This document shows positions 29,859 to 38,861 of a stretch of DNA of 64,000 nucleotides, in pieces. The DNA comes from Elusimicrobiota bacterium (lineage in GTDB: Bacteria; Elusimicrobiota; Endomicrobiia; CG1-02-37-114; XYA2-FULL-39-19), in NCBI GenBank assembly GCA_018816525.1, contig JAHIVV010000070.1:16208-80207 (forward strand), in the 5' to 3' direction. Every line of letters starts with the position of its first letter. Within the stretch, counting starts at the first letter, position 1. The position numbers were made by a program, and so were the translations under genes. Below the pieces are notes generated by a model, which saw only the letters and a list, made by a program, of their open reading frames with translations, had not been told where the DNA came from and made no database searches.

Positions 29859-30971
29859 TTATTTTATTAATCTTTTTTCAAGGACAGAACGGATTATTTG
29901 GTTTGGGATGCCGGTTTTGACGGTCACTTTTCCTATATCAACCGGCAGGACAAACTTGTTTTGGCCTTTCCGGAATTTCTTGTCATATTTCATTATTTCC
30001 ATTAAGGAACTTACGGTACAACCCTTTATTTTGACAGGAAGGCCGGCTTTTGCAATTAATCTTTCTATTTGCAAACATTTACTTTCAGCCAGCAATCCAA
30101 GCTTGAAAGAAATTTCCGCTTCGCACACCATTCCAATTGCGACAGCTTCGCCATGGCTCGTTTTGAAATTCCCCGCCCCTTCGATCGCATGCCCTACAGT
30201 ATGGCCATAATTAAGTATTATCCGTATATTTTTTGTTTCTTTTTCGTCCAACTGGACTATATCCCTTTTTATTTTGGTTGATTTTCCTATAATATACCCC
30301 AGGGCTTCCGGCCCGTAATCAAGTATTTGCGCAATGTTCTTATCAATAAAATGGAATAGTTCCGCTTCTTTAATAACACCGTACTTTATAATTTCAGCCA
30401 AACCGTTTAGTAATTCCTTTTTCGGCAATGTTTTGAGAAATGAAATATCTGTCAGTACTAGACTGGGTTGATAGAAAGAACCTACTATATTTTTTATTAT
30501 TTTCCCTTTCCTTCTAAAATCAATACCGGTCTTTCCGCCAATGCTTGAATCTACAGCAGAAAGCAAAGTGGTAGGCATTTGAACGAAAGGCACGCCTCTG
30601 CGGTATGAAGAAGCAACAAATCCCGCCATATCCCCCACTACTCCTCCGCCTAACGCTAAAACAGTCATCTTTTTCTTTTTGCCGTTATCAAAATCAAGAA
30701 CTTTTCCCAATAATTGTTCGTAATTAAGCCAGGATTTGTTATTTTCACCGTCCGGAAAAATCCCAAAACCAATATCGTTAATACCGGAACGCTTCAGCTC
30801 TGAATTGACGGCTTTGCCGTATAAACCGAATATTTTCGGGCTGCTTATTATGAAAACACTTTCTGCAATATTGAGTTTTTTGATATCAGCGGCAAGAGTG
30901 TGTGCTAGATTTGATCCAATAACTATTTTATAGCTGGAGGAATTTGTTTTTAAAACAATGGTTTTTGACAT
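29859..30971 (-). CDS. aroB: 3-dehydroquinate synthase
   Basis: GGGVVGDMAGFVA, the conserved DHQS metal and NAD sites. Start set at ATG 30971 (MSKTIVL). The ORF-track start is TTG. Confidence 0.9.
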   Translation of the reverse strand: MSKTIVLKTNSSSYKIVIGSNLAHTLAADIKKLNIAESVFIISSPKIFGLYGKAVNSELKRSGINDIGFGIFPDGENNKSWLNYEQLLGKVLDFDNGKKKKMTVLALGGGVVGDMAGFVASSYRRGVPFVQMPTTLLSAVDSSIGGKTGIDFRRKGKIIKNIVGSFYQPSLVLTDISFLKTLPKKELLNGLAEIIKYGVIKEAELFHFIDKNIAQILDYGPEALGYIIGKSTKIKRDIVQLDEKETKNIRIILNYGHTVGHAIEGAGNFKTSHGEAVAIGMVCEAEISFKLGLLAESKCLQIERLIAKAGLPVKIKGCTVSSLMEIMKYDKKFRKGQNKFVLPVDIGKVTVKTGIPNQIIRSVLEKRLIK

Positions 30972-31053
30972 TGGTCCCTGCAATAAAAAAATAAACCCAC
31001 AAAATCAAAAGGATAGCGGCTGTTTATTTAAACCTATAAATCAGGTATTGAAC

Positions 31054-31236
31054 CTATATTAAATCTTCTGAACCGAGGGTTTTCTTTTTGCCGTCTGCTT
31101 TTACTTTCTCTGTTGAAGCCTTGATCATCTCTTCAACTTTTTTTGAAAGCACATCAAGATAGCTCGGGCTTGTGCGCAATCCGCTTTCTTTTACCAGCTT
31201 TTTTACTTTACTTGCTACAACAAGAATCTCTGCCAT
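31054..31236 (-). CDS. Small histone-fold protein (DUF1931 / bacterial HBb-like singlet histone candidate)
   Basis: 60 aa from the internal ATG (MAEILVVASKVKKLVKESGLRTSPSYLDVLSKKVEEMIKASTEKVKADGKKKTLGSEDLI), preceded by GGTGGAG. Helix-loop-helix-loop-helix layout with RKT-like 'KKKTLGSEDL' as in the archaeal HMfB RKTIKAEDI. Basic. Confidence 0.5.
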   Translation of the reverse strand: MAEILVVASKVKKLVKESGLRTSPSYLDVLSKKVEEMIKASTEKVKADGKKKTLGSEDLI

Positions 31237-31503
31237 GTTTCTCCACCAGCCTTTTTTTAGTTTCACCTACATAGGTTTAATTGTATCTAGTGGCTTTTTT
31301 TAGCAAAAAAGAAATAATTTTGCAAATCGCTTATTTTAATATTCCCGGTATCTATAAAATGGCTTACGGAATATGAGTATACCCAATCGTCATTCAGTGG
31401 AAATTTTTTTTCTTTTGCAGCTGGAAAGCAATAAGAATGAACAAATAAGCTGTGAAAATTACTAACAATTTTTTACGCATAATGTTTCAGGTATTTCATG
31501 CGA

Positions 31504-32364
31504 TTATTTTACAATATCTAGTGAAAAATCTACGGCCGGAGATGAGTGAGTGATTTCACCTACAGAAATCCTATCTGCTCCCAGCTTTGCAATTCTGGCC
31601 ACATTCTTAAGGTTCACCCTGCCGGAAACCTCTATTTCAATATTTTTTTTCGATTTCTTTATGAACTTTATTGCTTTCTTCAGAGTTTTAATGTCCATAT
31701 TATCAAGCATTATAATATTAACATTATTTGCGGCCGCTAATTCCACATCGCGCATATTATCCGCTTCAAATTCGATTTTCATGCCGTAAGGCAATTTACT
31801 CTTCAGGGAAGAAATAAGCTGGTAGGAAGGTATCCTGCCGTAGCGGTAAATACTGATATAATTATCTTTTACCAGGGCCATGTCGTAAAGGCCCATACGG
31901 TGATTTACGCCGCCGCCGCAAATTACAGCATATTTTTCAAGCACTCTTAAATTGGGCGTTGTCTTCCTTGTGTCATAAATTTCCGCGGTTGTTTTTTTTA
32001 TTTTTCTGGCATATTTATTTGTATGTGTGGCTATGCCGCTCAGGTGCGCTAAAAAATTAAGAGCAGTCCTTTCGCCGGAAAGAATGGCTCTTGCCAAACC
32101 TGAAACAACGGCGAGAGTCCTGCCTTTTTTTATAGTGTCCCCGTCGCTGAATTTTGCCCTCCAGACACATTTCTTATCGAGAAGTTTAAAAACCTGCCTG
32201 GCTACAGCCAGCCCCGAAACTACTGCCTGGTCCTTGGCAATAATTTTTGCCGAAATTCTTAAGGTAGGTGAAATAAGGTTCAAGGCCGTAATGTCGCCGG
32301 TACCTATATCTTCAGCCAGCGCGCTTTTAATCAAAGGATTACACTTTTTTAAGTCCAGTTTCAT
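31504..32364 (-). CDS. nadC: Nicotinate-nucleotide pyrophosphorylase (quinolinate PRTase)
   Basis: 286 aa. QAPRTase N- and C-terminal domains (…MLDNM…EVSG…). Confidence 0.9.
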   Translation of the reverse strand: MKLDLKKCNPLIKSALAEDIGTGDITALNLISPTLRISAKIIAKDQAVVSGLAVARQVFKLLDKKCVWRAKFSDGDTIKKGRTLAVVSGLARAILSGERTALNFLAHLSGIATHTNKYARKIKKTTAEIYDTRKTTPNLRVLEKYAVICGGGVNHRMGLYDMALVKDNYISIYRYGRIPSYQLISSLKSKLPYGMKIEFEADNMRDVELAAANNVNIIMLDNMDIKTLKKAIKFIKKSKKNIEIEVSGRVNLKNVARIAKLGADRISVGEITHSSPAVDFSLDIVK

Positions 32365-34369
32365 TTATACCAGCTCCTCCGGCCCTTTTATGAGCCATCA
32401 TTTCTTTAATTTCAAACATTTTATCGCGGTAAGCCGTAGCCAGCTCAAAATCCAGGCTATCTGCAGCCTGCTTCATTTTTTCTTCGATTTCCCTCATCAA
32501 TACCGGCAACTGTTTATTATTTGAAAATTCTATTCCATCTTCTCTTATCAGCGATAAAGCTTCAGTTTTGGATTTATACTGAAATTCTTCAAGTTCCCGT
32601 ATTCCCTTGATAATAGATCTGGGCGTTATGTGCTGGTCTATATTATATTGAGACTGTATTTTTCTTCTGCGGTTCATTTCATCCGTTGCCCTCTTTATAG
32701 AACCGGTTATGGTATCTGCGTAGAGTATTACTCTTCCTGAAATATTTCTGGCCGCCCTGCCGCAAACCTGTATAAGGCTGGTTTCAGAGCGTAAAAAACC
32801 TTCCTTATCCGCATCCAATACAGCCACAAGCCCTACCTCAGGCAGGTCGAGACCTTCTCTTAAAAGATTCACCCCTACCAGGCAATCAAAATCACCTTTT
32901 CTTAAATCTCTCAAAATTTCTATTCTTTGCAAAGCGTCAATTTCGCTGTGAAGATATTTTACTTTCAGGTTTTTCTCTTCTAAATATTCAGCCAGGTCTT
33001 CAGCCATAGCTTTTGTCAGGGTTGTTACAAGAACCCTTTCTTTGAGCCTGGCGCAATTTTCAACTTCTTTAATCAGGTCTTCAACCTGCGTACTTACGGG
33101 CCTTATAACAACTTCCGGGTCAACGAGACCTGTCGGCCTGATTATTTGCTCTACAATAACGCCTTTTGTTTTATTCAGCTCGTATTTGCCGGGAGTTGCA
33201 GAAACATAAAGAGATTTATCCAACAGAGTTTCAAATTCAGCGAATTTCAGCGGCCTGTTATCCATCGCTGAAGGAAGGCGGAAACCAAAATCCACTAGGA
33301 CTTTTTTACGGGAACGGTCGCCTTCGTACATTCCATAAACCTGGGGTATAGTAACGTGGGATTCGTCAATTATAGTAAGAAAATCTTTTCCGAAGTAGTC
33401 AATAAGGCAGTAAGGCCGTTCACCCGGCCGCCTGCCGGCGAAATACCTTGAATAGTTTTCTATCCCATGGCAAAAACCGGTCTCACGCATCATTTCCATG
33501 TCATACTTTGTGCGCATCTCAAGCCGCTGCGCTTCCAATAATTTTCCTTCTTTTCTGAACCAATCAAGCCTCTGTCCCAATTCTTCTTCAATTGCTTTTA
33601 ATGCTTCCTCAAATTTCGGCTGGGTAACTACAAAGTGGCTTGCCGGATAAATTAATGTCTTGTCTTTTTCCAGGATTTTTCTTCCGGTCACCGGGTTTAT
33701 TTCTACAATGCTTTTTATAACATTTTCGTCATATTCTATTCTTAAAGCAGTTTCAAGATAGGCAGGCCAAATTTCAACAACATTGCCTCTAACCCTGAAT
33801 TTGCTTCTTTCAAAAGCTATATCATTGCGTTCATAACGGATTTCTACCAATTCTTTAAGCAGCAATTCCCGTTTTTTAACTGCGCCTTTATCAATGGAAA
33901 CGCATAACTCCTCGAAGTCTGACGGTGAACCGATATTATAGATACAGGAAACGGAGGCAACAAGCACCACGTCTTTTTTTTCAAGAAGCGAGGCAGTAGC
34001 TTTTAATCTTAACCGGTCGATATGCTGGTTTATTGAAGCATCTTTGTCAATATATGTGTCAGTCTGGGGCACGTAGGCTTCAGGCTGGTAATAGTCGTAA
34101 TAGGATATGAAATATTCTACGGCATTTTCAGGAAAGAATTGCTTGAATTCTGCATAAAGCTGTGCGGCAAGGACTTTATTGTGCGAGATGATTAGGGTTG
34201 GTTTCTGCAGTTTTTCAATAACATTGGCCATGGTAAAAGTTTTACCAGACCCTGTAACGCCGAGAAGAACCTGACTGTTCCTACGGCATCTTTCATATTC
34301 GTAAATAATCTGTTTTATTGCTTCCGGTTGGTCGCCTGCCGGTTTAAAATCAGAAACTAGCTTGAACAT
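32339..34369 (-). CDS. uvrB: Excinuclease ABC subunit B
   Basis: 676 aa. GVTGSGKTFT Walker A, helicase motifs, a beta-hairpin and a C-terminal UVR domain. Confidence 0.97.
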   Translation of the reverse strand: MFKLVSDFKPAGDQPEAIKQIIYEYERCRRNSQVLLGVTGSGKTFTMANVIEKLQKPTLIISHNKVLAAQLYAEFKQFFPENAVEYFISYYDYYQPEAYVPQTDTYIDKDASINQHIDRLRLKATASLLEKKDVVLVASVSCIYNIGSPSDFEELCVSIDKGAVKKRELLLKELVEIRYERNDIAFERSKFRVRGNVVEIWPAYLETALRIEYDENVIKSIVEINPVTGRKILEKDKTLIYPASHFVVTQPKFEEALKAIEEELGQRLDWFRKEGKLLEAQRLEMRTKYDMEMMRETGFCHGIENYSRYFAGRRPGERPYCLIDYFGKDFLTIIDESHVTIPQVYGMYEGDRSRKKVLVDFGFRLPSAMDNRPLKFAEFETLLDKSLYVSATPGKYELNKTKGVIVEQIIRPTGLVDPEVVIRPVSTQVEDLIKEVENCARLKERVLVTTLTKAMAEDLAEYLEEKNLKVKYLHSEIDALQRIEILRDLRKGDFDCLVGVNLLREGLDLPEVGLVAVLDADKEGFLRSETSLIQVCGRAARNISGRVILYADTITGSIKRATDEMNRRRKIQSQYNIDQHITPRSIIKGIRELEEFQYKSKTEALSLIREDGIEFSNNKQLPVLMREIEEKMKQAADSLDFELATAYRDKMFEIKEMMAHKRAGGAGINETGLKKV

Positions 34370-34386
34370 TTATTGTCTTCGAAAAG

Positions 34387-35130
34387 TTAAATTTTTATTT
34401 CCTTCAATTTTTCTACGGCTTCAAAATCAGTGCCGTTTAGCGTTAAAGGTGTCACGGATATTTTATTTTTTTCCACAGCATAGATGTCCGTGCCGGGTTT
34501 GTTTTCGTTTGCAACCACCTTACCTTTCAACCAGTAATAATTTAGGCCGTAAGGGTCCTTTCTGGTTTCTATGGTGTCGTCATATATTTTTTTGCCCAGC
34601 GTGGTTATTTCAATACCTTTAATTCTGCCTGCAGAAACATCGGGGACATTTATGTTCAGCAGGATGTTTTTTTCAAATTCCCCGTTTAAAACATTTTTTG
34701 ACAGCTTGGCCGCAAATTTAGCCGCAGTCTGGAAATTTTTTCCTGTCCTGCTCACTAGCGACACTGCTATCGAAGGTATGCCCATAAATGTTCCTTCTCT
34801 TGCAGCGCCTACCGTTCCGGAATAAAATATATCAACACCAAGATTTGAACCAAAGTTAATTCCAGAAACAACAAGGTCTATATTTCTGGAACCCACTTGA
34901 ATTATTCCGAACCTTACGCAATCTGCAGGTGTGCCGTCCATCACATAAGTGTTTCCAGAAATTTGCCTTGCGCGCACAGGCCCGCGCAAAGTCATAGAAT
35001 GGCTTACGGCAGATTGTTCTTTTTCCGGGACTACAACAAAAACTTTTCCCAGTTTGGAAATTTCTTTTACCAACGGGCTTAACCCGATACCAAAAATCCC
35101 GTCATCATTTGAAACAAGTATTCTTTTCAT
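34387..35130 (-). CDS. surE: 5'/3'-nucleotidase SurE
   Basis: 247 aa. N-terminal ILVSNDDGI and the SurE core. Confidence 0.92.
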   Translation of the reverse strand: MKRILVSNDDGIFGIGLSPLVKEISKLGKVFVVVPEKEQSAVSHSMTLRGPVRARQISGNTYVMDGTPADCVRFGIIQVGSRNIDLVVSGINFGSNLGVDIFYSGTVGAAREGTFMGIPSIAVSLVSRTGKNFQTAAKFAAKLSKNVLNGEFEKNILLNINVPDVSAGRIKGIEITTLGKKIYDDTIETRKDPYGLNYYWLKGKVVANENKPGTDIYAVEKNKISVTPLTLNGTDFEAVEKLKEIKI

Positions 35131-35157
35131 GATTTAATTCAGTATAGCAAATTATTT

Positions 35158-35181
35158 GATGCAAGCATTAATGCTTGCATC
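35158..35181. repeat. Perfect 24-nt palindrome GATGCAAGCATTAATGCTTGCATC
   Basis: Read directly; 12+12 perfect inverted repeat. It abuts the stop codon of the ATP-cone kinase gene and lies 28 nt upstream of the surE ATG. No flanking T-run on either strand. Confidence 0.9.
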
Positions 35182-36559
35182 AATACTTGTAGGTGCTGCC
35201 GCCAATAAATTCACGCAAAAGCGATCTTCTTGGTATTACAGAATCGTCTTTAAGCTCTTCAATCTGCATTAATAACTCATAAACACGTTTTGCCCGGATA
35301 AATGCGTCCACTTTTTTCGGGTCGGATTCGTATTCCCTGATTATTGAAGGAAAGTATTTAAAAAGATACTTTTTGTAAACAGGAAGCTCATAAGCAAGAG
35401 CGCTATTGAAAACGTGGTCAACTTTTCCTATGAAAGGCACAATATATTTCATTTCGCTTCTGCGCACATAATGCCAGTGGCCTACAGTTTTACCGGGGTC
35501 ATAACCCCTGTGCCAGGAATCACGGACCATCCGGCGCAACATGCGCAAATCAGCCCAGCGCACAAATTCCCCGGAGTCATCTTTCAACTGGCACATAGCC
35601 TCTATATAAAGTTTAAATTTCAGTTCCTTTGGAATATTTGAAGACAATTCGTCGTATAAACCGTGAAGGCTGTCAATTAAAAGAATTTGACCCGGTTTAA
35701 GGCTGAACTCTACTGCATTTAGTGTCCGTAGACCTGTTTTAAAATCATATTTAGGCGATTTTATTGTTTTTCCTTCCAGCAATTGGTCAAGATGCCTGTT
35801 AACCAACAGCAAATCCAGGGCATGCGGAGTCTCAAAGTCATAATCGCCATATTCATCTTTTGGATGTTCATCCAGATTTTTGAAATAGTTATCCAGATTC
35901 ATCAACGAAAAAGTTACACCTTCTTTTTGAAGTATCTCGCCTATTTTTATGGTAGTGGTTGTTTTCCCCGAACTGGAAGGTCCTGCAACAATAGCAATCC
36001 TGATTCTATTCTTATTTTTGATTATTTTTTTTGCTACTGAATTTATTTCGTCCTGGTAGGTTTTTTCAGAATCCCTGATTAAAGTCCTGAAATTCGCGCT
36101 TTTAACCCTCTTGTTAAGTTTTTTTACTGTATCGCAGTTATGGTCAACATTCCAGCTGAAAACCTTTAAGAGATTTTTATAAGGGACATTATCCTCAATT
36201 ATTATTGAAGATTCCTTTTTTTCGCGAAGTTCACTATGTTTATGCCTGTAAAGAATATATGCTTTTGCCGTTCTGAAATGGCCGCCTTCTACAAGCACTT
36301 TTTCGGTAAGGTCTGAGATTTCTTCAACGCTTGGCGTAGAAGCCTGCGGGTATAATTCACTCATCATTTTTATTACTTCGTCAGCCAGTTCACTAGCCTG
36401 TTCTTTATCGCCTCCGCCGACAGCAAGCGCAGCTTTCAAAATCGAGTTTAGTATCCTTTCACGGTTAAAGGACACTATAGACCCGTTTCTTTTAATTATC
36501 TTTTTTATTTTGTAACTCTCTATTTTTGTTTCAGGAAAGAGGAATTGCTGCTTTGGCAT
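35180..36559 (-). CDS. ATP-cone domain fused to a P-loop uridine-kinase/phosphoribulokinase-family nucleoside kinase
   Basis: N-terminal ATP-cone (IKRNGSIVSFNRERILNSILKAA…). Central Walker A (IAIVAGPSSSGKTTT), Walker B-like LLIDSLH, and a C-terminal extension. Start set at ATG 36559 (MPKQQ…). The ORF-track start is TTG. Confidence 0.7.
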   Translation of the reverse strand: MPKQQFLFPETKIESYKIKKIIKRNGSIVSFNRERILNSILKAALAVGGGDKEQASELADEVIKMMSELYPQASTPSVEEISDLTEKVLVEGGHFRTAKAYILYRHKHSELREKKESSIIIEDNVPYKNLLKVFSWNVDHNCDTVKKLNKRVKSANFRTLIRDSEKTYQDEINSVAKKIIKNKNRIRIAIVAGPSSSGKTTTTIKIGEILQKEGVTFSLMNLDNYFKNLDEHPKDEYGDYDFETPHALDLLLVNRHLDQLLEGKTIKSPKYDFKTGLRTLNAVEFSLKPGQILLIDSLHGLYDELSSNIPKELKFKLYIEAMCQLKDDSGEFVRWADLRMLRRMVRDSWHRGYDPGKTVGHWHYVRRSEMKYIVPFIGKVDHVFNSALAYELPVYKKYLFKYFPSIIREYESDPKKVDAFIRAKRVYELLMQIEELKDDSVIPRRSLLREFIGGSTYKY

Positions 36560-36651
36560 CGTGCGGAAATTATACAATAATTAGGAGAAAGATTCCAGCA
36601 AAAAGCAGGAAAAGGTATTGATAACGTAAGCATAATTTTGTGGAAGCGTTC

Positions 36652-37752
36652 CTATTTTATCAGGTTGACGATTGTATCAACCATGACTATTTCGGGGTTC
36701 AGGGATTTGAAAGCGGTAATGTTATCGAATGCTTTTTTATAAGAAAGAAGCTTGCCGGGATTTTCTACAAATTCCGACAAAAGCATGGAAAGTTTTTGCG
36801 GGCTTAAAGATTTTTCTTCTATTACCACGGCTGCATGATTGTTCCCAAGATAATCAGCATTAAACTTCTGGTGGTTTTCTGTTGCATAAGGAAATGGTAT
36901 AAGTATGGCCGGCTTCTTTAAAGCTATAAGTTCCGCTACAGTTGTTGCCCCTGCGCGGCAGACAACCAAGTCAGAGAATGCATAAGCACTTCCGATATTA
37001 TGAAGATAAGTCATTACTTTTGCATCAAACCCTTTTTCCTTGTATGAATTTTCTACCCGGATAATATCCTTTTCGCCGGCCAGATGCATAAACTGCAGTT
37101 TTGATTTATATTTTTCAAGCGCTCCCAGAGCATCAACCATCAACTGATTTATTGCATGAGCCCCCAGGCTGCCTCCAAAAATAAGTATTTTAAATTTGCC
37201 GGCATCAGCATTGAAGCTTTCGGGAGTATTAGTATTTAAACCTTCAAGAATTTCTTTCCTGACTATATTTCCGGTAAAAACAGTTTTACTTTCGTCAAAA
37301 TACTTTATTGATTCAGGGAAGCTGATCATTATTTTCGCTGCCATTTTCGACAGTACTTTGTTTGCAATTCCGGGGAGATAATTTTGTTCATGTATTACGG
37401 TAGGAATTCCGGCTATTTTTGCCGAAAATAACACCGGAAAAGATAAATAATTGCCCAAACCAAGCACCAGGGCTGGTTTTGTTTTCTTTAGAAGCAGGAA
37501 AGAAGTTAATATTGAAACAAAAAGTTTGAAGAGAAAAAACACAAATTTAAACGAAAATTTCCTGGGCATCCCCGAAACATTCAACCTGTAATAATTAAAG
37601 TTTTCTTTTTCTATGATATTTACGCATTTATCTCTTTGGCCTATGACAAAGCTGATTGAAAAACCTCTTTTTTGCAATATTTTTGCAAGAGCTATAGCCG
37701 GGTAGATATGCCCGCCAGTCCCGCCAGCTACGATTAATATGTTCTTGTTCAT
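36652..37752 (-). CDS. murG: UDP-GlcNAc--MurNAc-pentapeptide-undecaprenol GlcNAc transferase
   Basis: 366 aa. GGTGGHIYPAIA and the GT28 N/C domains. Confidence 0.95.
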   Translation of the reverse strand: MNKNILIVAGGTGGHIYPAIALAKILQKRGFSISFVIGQRDKCVNIIEKENFNYYRLNVSGMPRKFSFKFVFFLFKLFVSILTSFLLLKKTKPALVLGLGNYLSFPVLFSAKIAGIPTVIHEQNYLPGIANKVLSKMAAKIMISFPESIKYFDESKTVFTGNIVRKEILEGLNTNTPESFNADAGKFKILIFGGSLGAHAINQLMVDALGALEKYKSKLQFMHLAGEKDIIRVENSYKEKGFDAKVMTYLHNIGSAYAFSDLVVCRAGATTVAELIALKKPAILIPFPYATENHQKFNADYLGNNHAAVVIEEKSLSPQKLSMLLSEFVENPGKLLSYKKAFDNITAFKSLNPEIVMVDTIVNLIK

Positions 37753-38858
37753 CTAAACACCGTGAGTTTCCCTCTGTTGCGCGAGATATTTGCTAAAATG
37801 CCCACTGCGCTCATTGTAAGAATCAATGAAGTGCCGCCATAGGAAAAAAACGGCAATGCGATACCTTTTGTAGGCAGCAATCCTGAACAGACTGCCATAT
37901 TAAAAAAAGCCTGTAAAACAATCAATAATGTAATCCCGGAGGCCAACAACATCCCGAATAAATCCTTGGCCTTTTGAGCAATCTTTATTCCTCTATACAA
38001 AAAATACGCAAATAACCCTACTATAACAATGGTACCTAATATCCCCAGCTCTTCGCCGATAACTGAAAAAATAAAGTCTGTATGCGCTTCCGGCAGATAA
38101 AATTTTTTCAACTCGCTGCCGCCAAGGCCTTTACCGAAAATCCCGCCTGATCCCAAAGACATTAGTGACTGGCATAATTGGTAAGCTGATGATTGCGCAT
38201 GTTTCCATGGGTCCATAAAAGCAAAAAAACGCGCTACCCTGTAAGGTTTACTTAAAATTTCAAAATATAACACTGGTACAGCCAATAAAAACAATGCCAG
38301 CAGGTGCATAATTCTTGCGCCGCCGATAAAAAGCACTATCATAGTCACAGTAATGATGATAAAAGGAATCCCGATATCCGGTTCCAGGGCTATCAGGAAA
38401 GAGGCAACGCAAGCTACGATTATAGGAGGCAAAAAACCTTTAACGAAATCCTTTAATTTGCTTTTATTTTTGTCTATGAAATCAGCCACGAATAGTATTA
38501 CGGCAAATTTTGCAAATTCTGAAGGCTGGAAATCAATCAGACCCAGATGAATCCATCTCCTGGCCCCTTTAACCGATTTTCCTATTATTAACACGGCAAT
38601 CAAAAGAATTATTGAGGTAATTATTGCGGCAGTGGATACTTTCTGCAAATACCTGTAATTCAGTGAAGCAAAAAAAAGAAAAAAAACCAGGCTTATCAGC
38701 GTCCACAGAATTTGTTTTTTCAGGAAAAAAAACTGGTCAGCTCTTTTTTCTCCTGTCATGATAGCGCTTGAGGAATATATCATAACAATGCCGAAACATA
38801 CCAGCAGAAACACAACAAATAAAAGTTTATAATCAGCTTCCTGCAATTTTGCGAACAT
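37749..38858 (-). CDS. ftsW: Peptidoglycan glycosyltransferase FtsW (SEDS family)
   Basis: 369 aa, 10-TM SEDS protein (SEFAKFAVIL…). Confidence 0.9.
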   Translation of the reverse strand: MFAKLQEADYKLLFVVFLLVCFGIVMIYSSSAIMTGEKRADQFFFLKKQILWTLISLVFFLFFASLNYRYLQKVSTAAIITSIILLIAVLIIGKSVKGARRWIHLGLIDFQPSEFAKFAVILFVADFIDKNKSKLKDFVKGFLPPIIVACVASFLIALEPDIGIPFIIITVTMIVLFIGGARIMHLLALFLLAVPVLYFEILSKPYRVARFFAFMDPWKHAQSSAYQLCQSLMSLGSGGIFGKGLGGSELKKFYLPEAHTDFIFSVIGEELGILGTIVIVGLFAYFLYRGIKIAQKAKDLFGMLLASGITLLIVLQAFFNMAVCSGLLPTKGIALPFFSYGGTSLILTMSAVGILANISRNRGKLTVFR

Positions 38859-38861
38859 AGT

